Source of the DNA: Pelagomonas calceolata
Taxonomy: Eukaryota
Length of the DNA stretch: 64,000 nt
Direction: 5' to 3'
Assembly (NCBI GenBank): GCA_918797485.1
Contig: CAKKNE010000003.1
Coordinates: 2,356,001 to 2,420,000, forward strand
Shown here: in pieces, positions 32,298-43,170 of the stretch
Position numbering within the stretch: the first letter of the stretch is position 1
Layout: every line of letters starts with the position of its first letter
Notes under the pieces: generated by a model
What the model saw: only the letters and a program-made list of their open reading frames with translations
What the model was told of the DNA's origin: nothing
Databases searched by the model: none
Made by a program: the position numbers and the translations under genes

Positions 32298-33452
32298 ATG
32301 CGCGCCGGAATGCTGCTGCTGCTGGCGCTGCGGCGGGCGTCGGCCGCCGAGCCGTGCGCGCTGTGCATGGCCGCGCATCCGAACCACCCCTTCAAATGGG
32401 GCAGATGCATGCCGCCGCGCGACCAATGCTCACCACCAAAAGGTGTCGAGCTCGTCGTCGTGCGCGGCACGGGCAACAAGTGGTTCGCCGAGGACTTTTT
32501 GGATCAGTTGAGGTACTTCGCGCACGGCAGCCGGCACCTGGACGGCGCCTGCGACGCGTCGTCGACGTGGCGCTGGACCGAGGCGCGGACCACGGTCTTC
32601 GTGGGCCTCGGCACGCGCGCGCCGCCCGGCCTCTTCACGCTTCCCATTACTGGACGGGAGCGGGCGAGCTACGTCGCGATTTTGAGGCATCCGGTCCTGC
32701 GCGTCGTCTCTCGTTATTGGTTCGAGGCTGTGTGGAATCAACCAGTGAGAGGTGCCAGGGACGACGTCGCGTCGATGGCGTGGGCGTCCGGAATTTGTTT
32801 TCCACACAGGTTCGAAGGCGCCTGGGGCCAGCACCAGGCGGAGAAGGGTCGGCCGCGCCCACTCGGAGCGTGGGTCAACCGGACGCGCTTCCCCAACCGC
32901 CAAAGTCCGGGCCACCTGTGGAACGTGCCTGACAATCTCTACTCAAAAACTTTCGGAGGTTGGCGCGGCAACAAGGCCTGCGACGCCACCGATCCGACGT
33001 GTGTCGGTGGCGTTGGCGCCGCGATGACCGGTCGGGCAGAAAGAGCTCTCGCGCACGTCGACGGCTTGGTCCTAACGGAATGGATAAATGCCCCGGCGCA
33101 GATCGAGTTCCTATCGAGGAAGTTCTGTTTCCAGACGGACGGCGCGGGCCGCTCGCCCGGCGCGCATGCGTCCTGGTGGCACTTCCACCGGCCCCGCCGC
33201 GCCGGCGGGGGCCACGGGTCGAAGCGGCCCGCGGGGTGGGTGCCGGACGAGCTCGAGCTGCTCGTCAGGATCAACAGATGGGACCTGCGGCTCTTCGCGC
33301 GCGCCGCGGAGATGATCCGGCGGCGCGTCGCGGCATCCGTGGGCGACGCGCTCGCGGGGACGCTGCCCAAGCTGGCGCCGGCCGACGTCGCCGGTCTTAC
33401 AGCTTGGCTGAAGAACTGTCCGGCGCCAACGAGCGAAGTCGCGGCGTGTTGA
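32298..33452 (+). CDS. Secreted sulfotransferase-like protein; in-frame intron 32720-32809
   Basis: Signal peptide; ILRHPVLRVVSRY (LR.P..R..S.Y), NRWDLRLF. Confidence 0.7.
   Translation: MRAGMLLLLALRRASAAEPCALCMAAHPNHPFKWGRCMPPRDQCSPPKGVELVVVRGTGNKWFAEDFLDQLRYFAHGSRHLDGACDASSTWRWTEARTTVFVGLGTRAPPGLFTLPITGRERASYVAILRHPVLRVVSRYWFEAVWNQPVRGARDDVASMAWASGICFPHRFEGAWGQHQAEKGRPRPLGAWVNRTRFPNRQSPGHLWNVPDNLYSKTFGGWRGNKACDATDPTCVGGVGAAMTGRAERALAHVDGLVLTEWINAPAQIEFLSRKFCFQTDGAGRSPGAHASWWHFHRPRRAGGGHGSKRPAGWVPDELELLVRINRWDLRLFARAAEMIRRRVAASVGDALAGTLPKLAPADVAGLTAWLKNCPAPTSEVAAC
32720..32809 (+). mobile_element. Introner element, GT-AG intron, 90 nt
   Basis: TIR CTGTGTGGAATCAA / TTGTTTTCCACACAG; TSD GTTCGAGG / GTTCGAAG. 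Confidence 0.9.
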
Positions 33453-33490
33453 TAATGTACGTGTTGTCTAGAGTATACTTACACGCGAGC

Positions 33491-34324
33491 TCATAGCGCG
33501 TCCATGAACGACGGTTTTTTGGGAGCGTCGGCCGCCTTGCCGACGTTGTGCAGCACCTTGTCGACCAGCCCATACTCGACGGCCTCGTCGGGCTGGAGGT
33601 ATTTGGTACGCGACGCGTCCCTCATGACCTCGTCGACGGGCCGGCCGCAGGCCCTTGCTAACAACTCGCACGACACCTTTCTATTGGCCATGACCTCCTT
33701 CGCCCGAATGGCGATGTCCGAGGCCTGGCCCCGCGCTTGGGACCGGGGCTGGTGGAGCATGATCGACGCGTTCGGCAGGCAGAAGCGCTTGCCCTTCTCG
33801 CCCTGGGCGAGGAGCATCGCGGCCGCCCCGAAGGCCTGGCCGACGCAGATCGTCTGCACCGGAGGCTTGATGTACTTCATACAGTCGGCGATGGCGAACG
33901 CCTCGGTCTCGAAGCCCACGGCCTGGCCCTGGGCGTTCACCGTGCCCGGGCTGTTGATGTACAATGTTACGGGCTTCGAGGGGCTCTCGTAGTTGAGGTA
34001 CAGGAGCTCCGCCACGATTAACTCGGTCACGGCGCTCACCATGGGCATGCCGAGGTAGACGATGCGGTTGTGGAGGAGGAGCGAGGCCAAATCCGGCGGC
34101 GGGCCGATGCGCACGCCGTCGTACGTCTCCTGCGCCGCGCCGCCGGCGACCATGCTCGGCGGCATGGTTGCTCCAGACATGGAGGGCACCCCCAGGTCGA
34201 TCGGTTTGCCGCCTAGTGCGGCGGCGGCCGCGTCGGCGGCGTGTTGCCTCGCGGCGAGGCTCGGGGGCGCACGGAGAGCATTGCTCACCGCGAGTGCAGC
34301 GAGGAGGAGCGCTGGTCGCGGCAT
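33491..34324 (-). CDS. clpR: Plastid ClpP-like non-catalytic subunit (ClpR type)
   Basis: LLLHNRIVYLGMP, LYINSPG, MLHQP; GQAFGAAAMLL lacks the nucleophilic Ser; targeting presequence. Confidence 0.85.
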   Translation of the reverse strand: MPRPALLLAALAVSNALRAPPSLAARQHAADAAAAALGGKPIDLGVPSMSGATMPPSMVAGGAAQETYDGVRIGPPPDLASLLLHNRIVYLGMPMVSAVTELIVAELLYLNYESPSKPVTLYINSPGTVNAQGQAVGFETEAFAIADCMKYIKPPVQTICVGQAFGAAAMLLAQGEKGKRFCLPNASIMLHQPRSQARGQASDIAIRAKEVMANRKVSCELLARACGRPVDEVMRDASRTKYLQPDEAVEYGLVDKVLHNVGKAADAPKKPSFMDAL

Positions 34325-34517
34325 CGTCCCCAGGGCACTCGGCAGTCCCTCTAAAGCTTGATTTGTCCACCTCACGTCCCCAGCAGCCGTGCTTTTGCAA
34401 GACAGCACAGCGTGTGCAAGCGAAGTCTAGTGTGTTTTACCTAGCCCCAAAATAACGAGGCCTCACAAACCCACAAGAAGTCTGCATGCACGTGTGACAC
34501 AACAGCCATTACTCCAC

Positions 34518-35150
34518 CTACGCCTTCAGCAACTCTACTGAAAAGTTCAGGTCCGCGTTCGGCGGTATGTCAGGCGGTGCGCCGCGCTTGCCGTACCCGA
34601 GCTTCGCCGGGATGAATAATTGCCGCCGCTCGCCGACGGCCATGCCCGCGCAGCCGACGTCCCACCCTTTTATGACTTCTCCCGCGCCCAGTCGGAAAGC
34701 TATTTTACCGCGATCGAACTCCCTACCGTTCTTCGCCAGCGTTCCGACGTACTTCATCGTGATTTTCTTGCGGTTCTGGGCCGTCTTGCCGCTGCCCGGT
34801 TGTAGAATCGTCGCGACGAGACCTCCGGGGAAGGTCTTCCGCTTCTTCTTCGGCGCCGCCTCGTCGTCCGTCGAGGCCGCGCGCTTCTTCTTCGGCGCCG
34901 GGGCGGGTGGCGGCGCCTCGGCGCTGTCGCTGTCGTCGCTGCCGTCCTCCTCCGCCTCGGAGTCCTCGAGCGCGCCTTTCGCCCAGCGCCACTCTGAGGT
35001 GTTGGGGCCCGTATCCTGAATGAGCACGCCCATCTCCTTGAGCATGTTGCGGATGTCGTCCGCCACGCTCCACATCTTCTTCGATCGAGCCTTGTTGCGC
35101 TTCGCGAGCGCCTTCTCGATCGTGCGCTGGATCTCGGCTTGCTCGCTCAT
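34518..35150 (-). CDS. FKBP-type peptidyl-prolyl isomerase with N-terminal CysRS anticodon-like helical module
   Basis: YVGTL..G.EFD, VIKGWDVG, LGYG.RG.PPDIPPNA; N-terminal R..AR..K.W..AD.IR..L...G..IQD. Confidence 0.9.
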   Translation of the reverse strand: MSEQAEIQRTIEKALAKRNKARSKKMWSVADDIRNMLKEMGVLIQDTGPNTSEWRWAKGALEDSEAEEDGSDDSDSAEAPPPAPAPKKKRAASTDDEAAPKKKRKTFPGGLVATILQPGSGKTAQNRKKITMKYVGTLAKNGREFDRGKIAFRLGAGEVIKGWDVGCAGMAVGERRQLFIPAKLGYGKRGAPPDIPPNADLNFSVELLKA

Positions 35151-35656
35151 GGTTGCTGCGTGCGGTCTGGCACAACTTCGTCGCGGCGATGTTGCAGTGG
35201 TTCGGTGAGCGGCACAGTGCAGTCCGGCACAAATGCGCGAAACGCGGCGACGGCGATATTGCAGTGTGTTCAGTGATGCGGCACAACACGTCCTGAGTGC
35301 TCGAATTGCTGGCGACGCGATTTGCACACGTCACAGCGATGGCGTTAGTCAATGCGTATGGCGTGATGGGCAGCAATGTGCGTGTTAGGCGGCTGTGCAA
35401 ATGCTTCAGGCCAAAACTAGTGTTGTTGTTACGCTAGCTCGCCTCGACGCTTTGCGAGTTTAGCGCGATTAGACGACCTCGTGCATCGGCAAGAGGCTTA
35501 AACGACTCCAGCCGTGCGGCGCTTGAAGCCAGATTGAGATCTCGCGGCCACAGCGGATTTTGCTGTCAGGAGACAGCCTGCAGGACGCTCAGCGGCGCGC
35601 GCCGGCACGACGCGACGCGAGACCTCGTGCCGAGGACCACCGCACGTTGTAAAGCC

Positions 35657-36178
35657 ATGGCCTCGAAGCGCCCGATCGGCCCCGCCGGCCCGCCCAAAGA
35701 CGACACCAAACAAAACGCCGCGACGGCCGCCGGCGGCGCGCAGGGCGTGCCCGCGCCCGCGCAGCGGTCCGCGGCTTTTGATGCCGTTTTACGGATGCAG
35801 TTGGGCCAGGACTGTCGGACCATCAACGACAAGATCAACGACAGTAACCGGCCGACCTGGGACCAATATAAGAAGGATAATGAAGATAGATTAAATTTAA
35901 CTGGAGCGGACCAGAAGAAGATGATGGCGTACCGGGCGGAGTTGGATGCGGAGCGCGCGCGGAAATTGGCGCGCGCCTCGAAGACGCACGCGAGTTTGAG
36001 GGACGGCTCCGACGATGATGCGTCGGCGGACTCTGATGATAGGAAGAAGCGGAAGCGGAAACGCGAGAAGAAAAAACTCAAAAAAGAAGCGAAGAAGAAG
36101 GCGCGAAAGCTCCTCAAAAAGGAGAAGAAGAAGCGGAAGAAGCGCTCGGACTCCTCGAGCAGTAGTAGCGGGAGCTAA
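35657..36178 (+). CDS. FAM133-like Lys/Ser-rich protein
   Basis: NRPTWDQYKK, YR.ELD.ER, Lys-rich tail. Confidence 0.65.
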   Translation: MASKRPIGPAGPPKDDTKQNAATAAGGAQGVPAPAQRSAAFDAVLRMQLGQDCRTINDKINDSNRPTWDQYKKDNEDRLNLTGADQKKMMAYRAELDAERARKLARASKTHASLRDGSDDDASADSDDRKKRKRKREKKKLKKEAKKKARKLLKKEKKKRKKRSDSSSSSSGS

Positions 36179-36201
36179 GTAGTGTGTGACAACAAAAGTA
36201 G

Positions 36202-38229
36202 TTACTTCTTCCGGTTGAGCCAGGACCGCTTCGGCGACTTCGGCGGAGCCGCAGCAGGCGGCGGAGGCGTCGCCGAGCGCGCCATCCGCAGTTCCCCCAA
36301 CTCCATAGCGGTCTGCGCCAATTTCATCTTCGCATCGACCAACTCGCGCTCCAACAGCTCCGACCGCGCGACGGCGTCGCTCGACAGGTCCTCGCGGGAC
36401 GCCTCTCTTTTAAGAGACGCGTCGTGCTGCTCGCCGAGCGTCCGCGCGGCGAGGACGGCACTATCGAGAGCGGTTTTCGTCTTCGCGAGCTCGGCCTCGA
36501 GCGCCCTCTCCCTATCAGAGCGCGACGCAGCTAGTTCCTTCTCGAGCGCCGCGACGCGCTCGCCACCGCCAGACGCGTTCTCCAGCGCAAGCTGCGCAAG
36601 CCGCGTCTTGGCCTCCACGAGCTCCCGTTCCAACGCCTCGCGGTCGATGAAGCCCTGCGCGTCCTCGCTCACCTTCTGCGCGTCGCGGCGGCCGTGCTCC
36701 AACACCGCCTGGGCCAGCCTCGTTTTGGCATCGACCAAGTCCCGCTCGAGACCCTCGACGTCGGGCCAGGGCCGGCGCCGCTCGACCACGAACTCGACGG
36801 TCGGCGCGCCACTGTCCCTGGCTTGAGCCACGGTGGCCTTCGCGGCCGTCGCCGTCGTCGCGGGGGCGCCGTTGATTTCCAAGACCACGTCACCCGCTCG
36901 CAGGCCCGCCTCATAAGCGGCGTCGCGCGCCTCGGCCAATGTTAATGAGTCGCCGTCCTTCAGCGAAACGCCAACGCCCGTCGCATCTAACGCAACGCGC
37001 GCGCGCCACCTTAATAATTCACTACCGCGCGTCGCCGGCAGCGTCGACGAGGGCTGCGCCGAGGCGACGCGGACGACGCGGCTCTCGGCAGCGACGGCGG
37101 CGCGCGCGTCGGCGGCCGACGCCGCGAGCTCCGCTTGACGAGCGCGCTGGTTCGCCGCCTCGAGCTCCTTTCGTAAATTATCGAGAGTACCGCTCACCGC
37201 GCCTGCATCGCTTTCCGCGCGCTCGCGCGCCGCCCGTAACTCGTCGAGTTCGCCCATGAGCGCCGCCTGGCCACGCTCCGCCTGGCCCCGCAGTGCGTCC
37301 AGATCCGCCTCCAGAGAAGCGCACTTCGTCGCGGCCGTCGCCTCGGCCTCGTTCGCGGCCTCGGCGCGCTTTTCCGCGGCGACCTCGGCCTCGCGCGACG
37401 ACGAGGCCTTGCGCTCCGCCGCGTTCACGCGGTCCTCCAGCGCCTTCGCGCGCTTCTCCGCGGCCTCCGCCCGCGCCGTCGCCGACGATGCACGGGAAGA
37501 CGCCTGCTCCGCCCGTCGACAAGCCTCCTTGAGCTGGCGCTCGGCGTTACCAGAACTCCGTTTGGCTCTTAATTCGGCAGCTTCCGCCTCGGCGCGGTCC
37601 GCCCTAGCCTGGTGCTCCGCGACGGCCGCCTCGGCGCGCGCCATCCTTCTAGCGACTTCGCCCGCGGAGGCCAAAGCTCTTTTGGCTTGCGACACGCAGC
37701 GCGCGTTCTCGCGGTCCAGCTGCGCCACGCGGTTCGACACGGCGGCGAAGGACGCGTCCGCTGCTTTACATTTGTCCTCATATGACTTGTCCCTCCTCAA
37801 AGCCTCGGCGGCGTGTTGCTGTAACTGCGCCGTCTCGTCCCGGGCCCGGGCGAGCTCCTCCCTTAATTCTTTCTGGCGCCGCTTCAGCTTGTCTTGGGCG
37901 TCCTTCGACGCCTGCTGGGTCTCTCTCGTCGCGTCGGCCTCCTGCGCCGCCGCTAATAGGGTTTTCGTGGCCGTGCCGGGCGCCCCATTAGTCCGCTCGG
38001 CCTGGACGAGGGCCTCGGCGCAGACGCGCGCGGCGGCGCGCGCGGAGGCCGCCTCCTGGCGCGCCGTTGCGAGCGCGGCCCGCAACTGCTGCTCGCGGCG
38101 CTCGCTGGTGGCCGCCGGCGCCGCTTTGGATCGCCGCGTCGTCGCCGTCAGGCGGCCGAGGTCGGCGTTGCGTAAGGACTTGGTCGTTAGGGGCGCGCCG
38201 CTGCGCGGGGAGCTGAAGGCTGCTGGCAT
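36202..38229 (-). CDS. Coiled-coil protein with PDZ domain
   Basis: Long heptad region; AYEAGLRAGDVVLEING; three LE(R)ELV(D/E)AK repeats. Confidence 0.75.
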   Translation of the reverse strand: MPAAFSSPRSGAPLTTKSLRNADLGRLTATTRRSKAAPAATSERREQQLRAALATARQEAASARAAARVCAEALVQAERTNGAPGTATKTLLAAAQEADATRETQQASKDAQDKLKRRQKELREELARARDETAQLQQHAAEALRRDKSYEDKCKAADASFAAVSNRVAQLDRENARCVSQAKRALASAGEVARRMARAEAAVAEHQARADRAEAEAAELRAKRSSGNAERQLKEACRRAEQASSRASSATARAEAAEKRAKALEDRVNAAERKASSSREAEVAAEKRAEAANEAEATAATKCASLEADLDALRGQAERGQAALMGELDELRAARERAESDAGAVSGTLDNLRKELEAANQRARQAELAASAADARAAVAAESRVVRVASAQPSSTLPATRGSELLRWRARVALDATGVGVSLKDGDSLTLAEARDAAYEAGLRAGDVVLEINGAPATTATAAKATVAQARDSGAPTVEFVVERRRPWPDVEGLERDLVDAKTRLAQAVLEHGRRDAQKVSEDAQGFIDREALERELVEAKTRLAQLALENASGGGERVAALEKELAASRSDRERALEAELAKTKTALDSAVLAARTLGEQHDASLKREASREDLSSDAVARSELLERELVDAKMKLAQTAMELGELRMARSATPPPPAAAPPKSPKRSWLNRKK

Positions 38230-38901
38230 TTTTGGCAATGAAACTGCGCTGCTGCGCAAGTGGTCCTGTTTTGGCTTCCGACGCGAATCAACCAGCAGTT
38301 TTTTCGTTTGGCCCGATTCGTGTGAGTTATGAACAAGTGCTCAGCAGCCTTTTCTGTGCATGCAGCCGCCAGCAGCGTTGTTAAAGGCAAAAAAGTTGCA
38401 AACTGGCTGCGAAAAAACCCGCCGCGTGTCTGTTGTAGTGGAGCGTAGCTGTCGGGGGCCCGGAGAGTTTAGACCGGCTCACAAACCGAACAGCCCAACG
38501 CCGCCGTCGCGGCGGCCATAGAAGGCAGCCCAGGGCAGCCCAGAGGGGCAGCCCCATAATGGTCGGCCTCTCGCCTTCGATGCTTCCCGGGCGCGCAGGG
38601 ACGCCTCGGGAGGACGGGCACCGGGCGCAACGCGCACCTGAACCTACCTTACAGGTAGTTAGCCTATCTACAGCGCGCTTTGCCCGCGAGAGAGGAGCCG
38701 CCATTAACGCGCGCGTAAGGCTGCCCAGGAGCACGCGGGCGCCCTTTGTGAAGGCACGAGGCTGCCCCACAGCCGTTCGGCCACGAAGAGCCACCAACTC
38801 GGGCGGCGCCGCGGCGCGCCGCCGCAAACAGTAACACCTAGCGCCGAGAGATAGCGCGCACGACAACGACCGTAACGCCGCGAGCGCACCCGTAAGCAAC
38901 C

Positions 38902-40899
38902 ATGAACGACCTCCGAGCGGCGGTCCGCAAGAAGAAGCCCTCCCAGTCGGAGGGCCCGTCGACCCGCAAAGTGACGAGCCGCATGGTCGAACATCATCTC
39001 AACAAGCAGCGGACGGCCTACGATCGGTGGATCGCGGAGTTGTGTCGCGATGCGGAAGAGTCGGCCATGGAGCGCGACCGCCTACGAGCGAAGCTCGAAG
39101 CGTTGCGGAATGAACACAAACGCAAGATCATGAGCAAAGTGGTAGGACGCATGGGCAACATGACCTACGCCAAGGCCTGGAAGACCTGGGCGTCGAAGAC
39201 CGCCGTCTACAACCAGGAGAAGCTTAAAGAACTCAGGAGGAACCTCAAGAAGTACAACAAGGCCGCGGACGAGGCGGACGCCGAGGCGCAACGACGTAGT
39301 GACGAGATGGCTAGACTCGTGTTTGGCAACATCACGGACCGCCAGAAGAAGCTGGTCTGGCGCATTCTCACTAGATTATCGACATTGAAGAAGAGGTTAG
39401 GGTGGAAGCACTGGGAAAAACAAGCCTTTGCGGCGAAGCATCAAAAATTGCTCATGACCAAGATTTTGAAAAGGTTAAAAAATGCGAAGCTCAACCAGTC
39501 GTTCAATGGGTGGAGTACGATCGTCAAGAAGTGGGAGCTTATTAAAACTTTGGAGCTGAAGGCCGCACTGATGAAAGAATTAGAGGAGATCGAACGGCAG
39601 TCGAAGCAGTACAAGGACGACGCGGAACAACGGCAGAATGATGCCGCCAAAAATGCCTTCGCTCGCGCTTCTGGGAAACAAAAAGATCTCCTCGTTCGCA
39701 TCCTGTCGAAGATGACTGGTAATCAGACGGTCATGGTCTTCAAGATCTGGAAGCGCAAGTCCGATGAATTTCAAGCGCAGTACAATTTGATGTACAAGAC
39801 CTTCACGCGGATGATGAAGATCAAGATCTATACCGCGTATCGCCATTGGTTCAAGGTCGTGTTTCTCAGTGGTTTGTCGAAGACGAAGATGCGGGAGGCG
39901 TTGTTGCAGTCGCAGCGGGATAACTTGTTCGAGACGCTCAAGAGGAGAGCAGAGCAATTACTAGCTCTGCGGGACGAGGCGAACGAGATGCTCAGCATGT
40001 CTGTGAGCAACGATGATGAGAACAAGGAGTGCTTGAACGACTCCGTAGACTTCGAAAATCATATAAGAACAATTCTAGACAAGGGCTGGATGGAGAAGAA
40101 GGCCAAGGAGGAGGCTCGCCTGAAGATGATGGCGGAAATGGAGGGCGGCGCACCAGCCGCGGGAGGGGCAAAAAACGGGGCGGGCGCCGGCGCTAGTCGA
40201 GCGCGGGCCGGCGCCCCTGCCCGATCCTCTCGACAACCCGCCGCGCGGTCCGCAGCGCCAAGGACCGCCGCGGCGCCGCGCGCGGCGCGGTCCGCGGCGC
40301 CGCGGGCGGCGCGCGCGCCGGCGGCGCGCGCGCCGCGCGCGGCGCCGGCCCGGCGGGCCGGCGGCGGCGGCGGCTACCAGCCGCCGGCCCGCGCGCCCAG
40401 GCAGCCGGCGGCGCGGTCCGGTGGTTATTCCGGCGCGCGCGGGCCCGCGACGTCGTCCCGACCGAGACCGAATCCGGGCGACATGGGCGTGAACATGAAG
40501 CAGGAGTTGATGTTGTTCATCTTCGAGCTGAACAAGCAGGGCTTGATTACCTTGCCGAAGGAAGATGCGGATGCGGTCAAGCAGCACCACAAGGACCACA
40601 TGGGCATCAACAGTCCCGTCCACCGCCATATTCGGGGCCGGGAGAACTGGCCGGAACCCCAGGACACGTTCTTGGTTCCGGAGCTCGAGAAGATGGTCGG
40701 CGAGAGTTTGGGAGGCATCCCGGGCGGCAAGGAGGAGACGGTGAAGCAGCGCGCCGAAAGAGTCTTGAAGCCCCTGGCCATGGCCGGCGACTCGCGCTTG
40801 TACGCCGCCAAAAAGGCCTACGAGAAGACGCACAAGATCGACGACCTCTTCGCGACGATGGACATGATGGGCTGCCTGCCGCCGGCCCGGAAGCTCTAG
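38902..40899 (+). CDS. Coiled-coil protein with Trp-periodic (Sfi1-like) repeats
   Basis: 665-aa ORF; repeated ..RM.N....AW..W motif. Confidence 0.75.
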   Translation: MNDLRAAVRKKKPSQSEGPSTRKVTSRMVEHHLNKQRTAYDRWIAELCRDAEESAMERDRLRAKLEALRNEHKRKIMSKVVGRMGNMTYAKAWKTWASKTAVYNQEKLKELRRNLKKYNKAADEADAEAQRRSDEMARLVFGNITDRQKKLVWRILTRLSTLKKRLGWKHWEKQAFAAKHQKLLMTKILKRLKNAKLNQSFNGWSTIVKKWELIKTLELKAALMKELEEIERQSKQYKDDAEQRQNDAAKNAFARASGKQKDLLVRILSKMTGNQTVMVFKIWKRKSDEFQAQYNLMYKTFTRMMKIKIYTAYRHWFKVVFLSGLSKTKMREALLQSQRDNLFETLKRRAEQLLALRDEANEMLSMSVSNDDENKECLNDSVDFENHIRTILDKGWMEKKAKEEARLKMMAEMEGGAPAAGGAKNGAGAGASRARAGAPARSSRQPAARSAAPRTAAAPRAARSAAPRAARAPAARAPRAAPARRAGGGGGYQPPARAPRQPAARSGGYSGARGPATSSRPRPNPGDMGVNMKQELMLFIFELNKQGLITLPKEDADAVKQHHKDHMGINSPVHRHIRGRENWPEPQDTFLVPELEKMVGESLGGIPGGKEETVKQRAERVLKPLAMAGDSRLYAAKKAYEKTHKIDDLFATMDMMGCLPPARKL

Positions 40900-41432
40900 A
40901 CGCCCCGTGTTCTAATAACCAAGTTTCGCTTGACGTGTCCGTCTTGCTGCGTCGATGGCGTATTGGGGAGACACCGCGCGCGCCGGTCGCGCCCGCGCGC
41001 TCCTTCCTCGCGTCGCCCCGCCCAGCCCTCGCGACGCCTCGGTGCCCCCGAGCCGCGCGCATATGGGATCCCGCGCGGCGCGCGGCGCCCCCCGCATGCT
41101 CCAAAATGGGCGGAGTCCCAGGCAGACTGTGAATCCGCGTGCCGGTGCTCACACCTCGCGGGAGCCGGGCGCGCACGCGCGGGGCAGCCTCGGCGCCGTC
41201 CCAGCACACGCGGGCCGGCGCACGACACCGCCGCGGTGGCCGCGGGCCAAGCCTCCCAATAAATAGCTGGAGGGCAGCCCCGCCCGGGCCAGGGCGCCGC
41301 TCGCGACCGCCCCGCGCGGCCGACGCGCCGCCCCTCGCTGGACGAAGCGCGGAACCAACGGCGCCGACGCGCCGCCCCCGGCCCCAGAAATCAACGGCGA
41401 CCGCGCCACTCCCACCGGGAGGAACCACGACG

Positions 41433-42944
41433 ATGGTCCGCAGCACGACGCCCAGCATAGACGAGACGACGACGCTGACCGGGCCCTGGACCAAGGGCAA
41501 GATCTTGGGACGGGGCGCCGTCGGCACGGTCTTCCTCGCGCAGCTCCACGACGGGCGGCAAGCGGCCTGCAAGCAAATAGCCACGGAGGGTCTGAAGGGA
41601 GATGATCTCAAAGCAATTGTGAGAGAAATCACATTAATTCAGTCCTTACACCATGCGAACTTGACGCAGTACATCGGCATCGAGTACGCGGCGGCCCCGA
41701 CGCACAAATTATCGATCTTCATGGAGTTCGCGCCGGGCGGTTCCGTGAGACAGCTCCTGAAGGCGAAAGGCGCCCTCGACGAGTCGATCTGCGCCTCGTA
41801 TATCGACCAGGTGCTCCAGGGCCTCGAGTACCTGCACACGAACGGCATCGCGCACCGCGACGTCAAGGGCGCGAACGTTTTGTTAAGTCACGACCTCACG
41901 GGGGCGCAACTGGCGGACTTTGGAGCTTCGAAGCGCATCGAGAAACTCGGCGAGGACGCGTCGGGAGGCGGCGCCTCGGGTTTACGAGGCACGCCGCGGT
42001 GGATGGCGCCCGAGCTCATCCGGGGCGAGTTGTCCGGCGATTTGGAGGGCTGGATCCTGAGCGACGTCTGGTCCGTGGGCTGCACGCTGGTCGAGATGGC
42101 CACGGGCCAGCTGCCCTGGCCCCAGTTCCCGAACCCGATGGCGGCGATGTTTCATATTTCCCAAGGCATCGCGCCGCCTTTGGGCTCGACGCAGCTGTCG
42201 GCGGCCTGCGCGGACTTTCTGGGGCTGTGCTGCCGGCCGGCGCCTTCAGATAGGCCGTCTCCCTCGGAACTGCGGACGCACAGCTTCCTTACTTTGTTAG
42301 CACGGCGGCCGCCGACGGGTCTCGCACCCAGCTGCGAGCGGCCGGCGGCGCCGCCGGCCGGCGCGGAGCGGCGCCCCTTGAAACCGAAGCGCGCGCCGCC
42401 CTCGCCGCCCGCCGGCAGCTTCGTCCAAGTCGAGGGCCGGCCTCGTAACCGGACGACGGCGCCCGCGCCGCGCGACGAGCCCGCGTCGCCCACCAAAAAA
42501 GCTTCTCTAGCGGCGGCCTTCCCCATCCTGCAGCGGCTGGCCGACGCCGCGTCCGAGCTCGTCTCGCCGACGTCTCCCGAGGTTCAGCCGCGGCCGCGCA
42601 AGCCCAAAAAAAACAAGCGCCGCGTGCGCCTGGAGCAGAAGCTCGCGCGGCCCGCCCACAAGCCGCCGCGCGAGGCGAGCTCGCCGCCCGTGCTGGAGCG
42701 GCCGCGCGCGGCGCTCGCCGGCGACCGCCTCGGGCGCCTCTCGCGGTCCGACGGCTTTATTAACATTGGGTCGCGCGTGCGCGACGAGGCGCGGCGCGAG
42801 CTCGAGCGCTCGGGGCCGGTGCAGGCGCGCCACTCGCGGTCCGCGCGCGCGGCGACTCGTACGCTGCCGCCCGTGTCCGGCGCGCGGCGCGGCGTTTCGT
42901 CGGCGCCGACGATCCGGTGGCCCGCGGTGCGGCGCTCCATCTGA
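41433..42944 (+). CDS. STE11/MAP3K-like Ser/Thr protein kinase
   Basis: WTKGKILGRGAVG, HRDVKGAN, DFGASK, GTPRWMAPE, DVWSVGCT. Confidence 0.92.
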   Translation: MVRSTTPSIDETTTLTGPWTKGKILGRGAVGTVFLAQLHDGRQAACKQIATEGLKGDDLKAIVREITLIQSLHHANLTQYIGIEYAAAPTHKLSIFMEFAPGGSVRQLLKAKGALDESICASYIDQVLQGLEYLHTNGIAHRDVKGANVLLSHDLTGAQLADFGASKRIEKLGEDASGGGASGLRGTPRWMAPELIRGELSGDLEGWILSDVWSVGCTLVEMATGQLPWPQFPNPMAAMFHISQGIAPPLGSTQLSAACADFLGLCCRPAPSDRPSPSELRTHSFLTLLARRPPTGLAPSCERPAAPPAGAERRPLKPKRAPPSPPAGSFVQVEGRPRNRTTAPAPRDEPASPTKKASLAAAFPILQRLADAASELVSPTSPEVQPRPRKPKKNKRRVRLEQKLARPAHKPPREASSPPVLERPRAALAGDRLGRLSRSDGFINIGSRVRDEARRELERSGPVQARHSRSARAATRTLPPVSGARRGVSSAPTIRWPAVRRSI

Positions 42945-43170
42945 CTCTTTTGCTTTCGGTCGTGTTCTCCTCTAAATTTGCTGATATGTTAGTTTTACTT
43001 TCTCCTAGCGAGGGTAGCGCCTAGGGGAGTCAGGGAAGTTCACCGTAAACGTAAAGTAGTTCTTCCACTCGTAGTCATGTTCTAGCGCGGGGCTTGATCG
43101 TGACCTCGAAATCCGCGTTGTGACTGGCACATGGAGCGTGTGCCAGTTTGGTATGCGCACGTTAGGTTCT

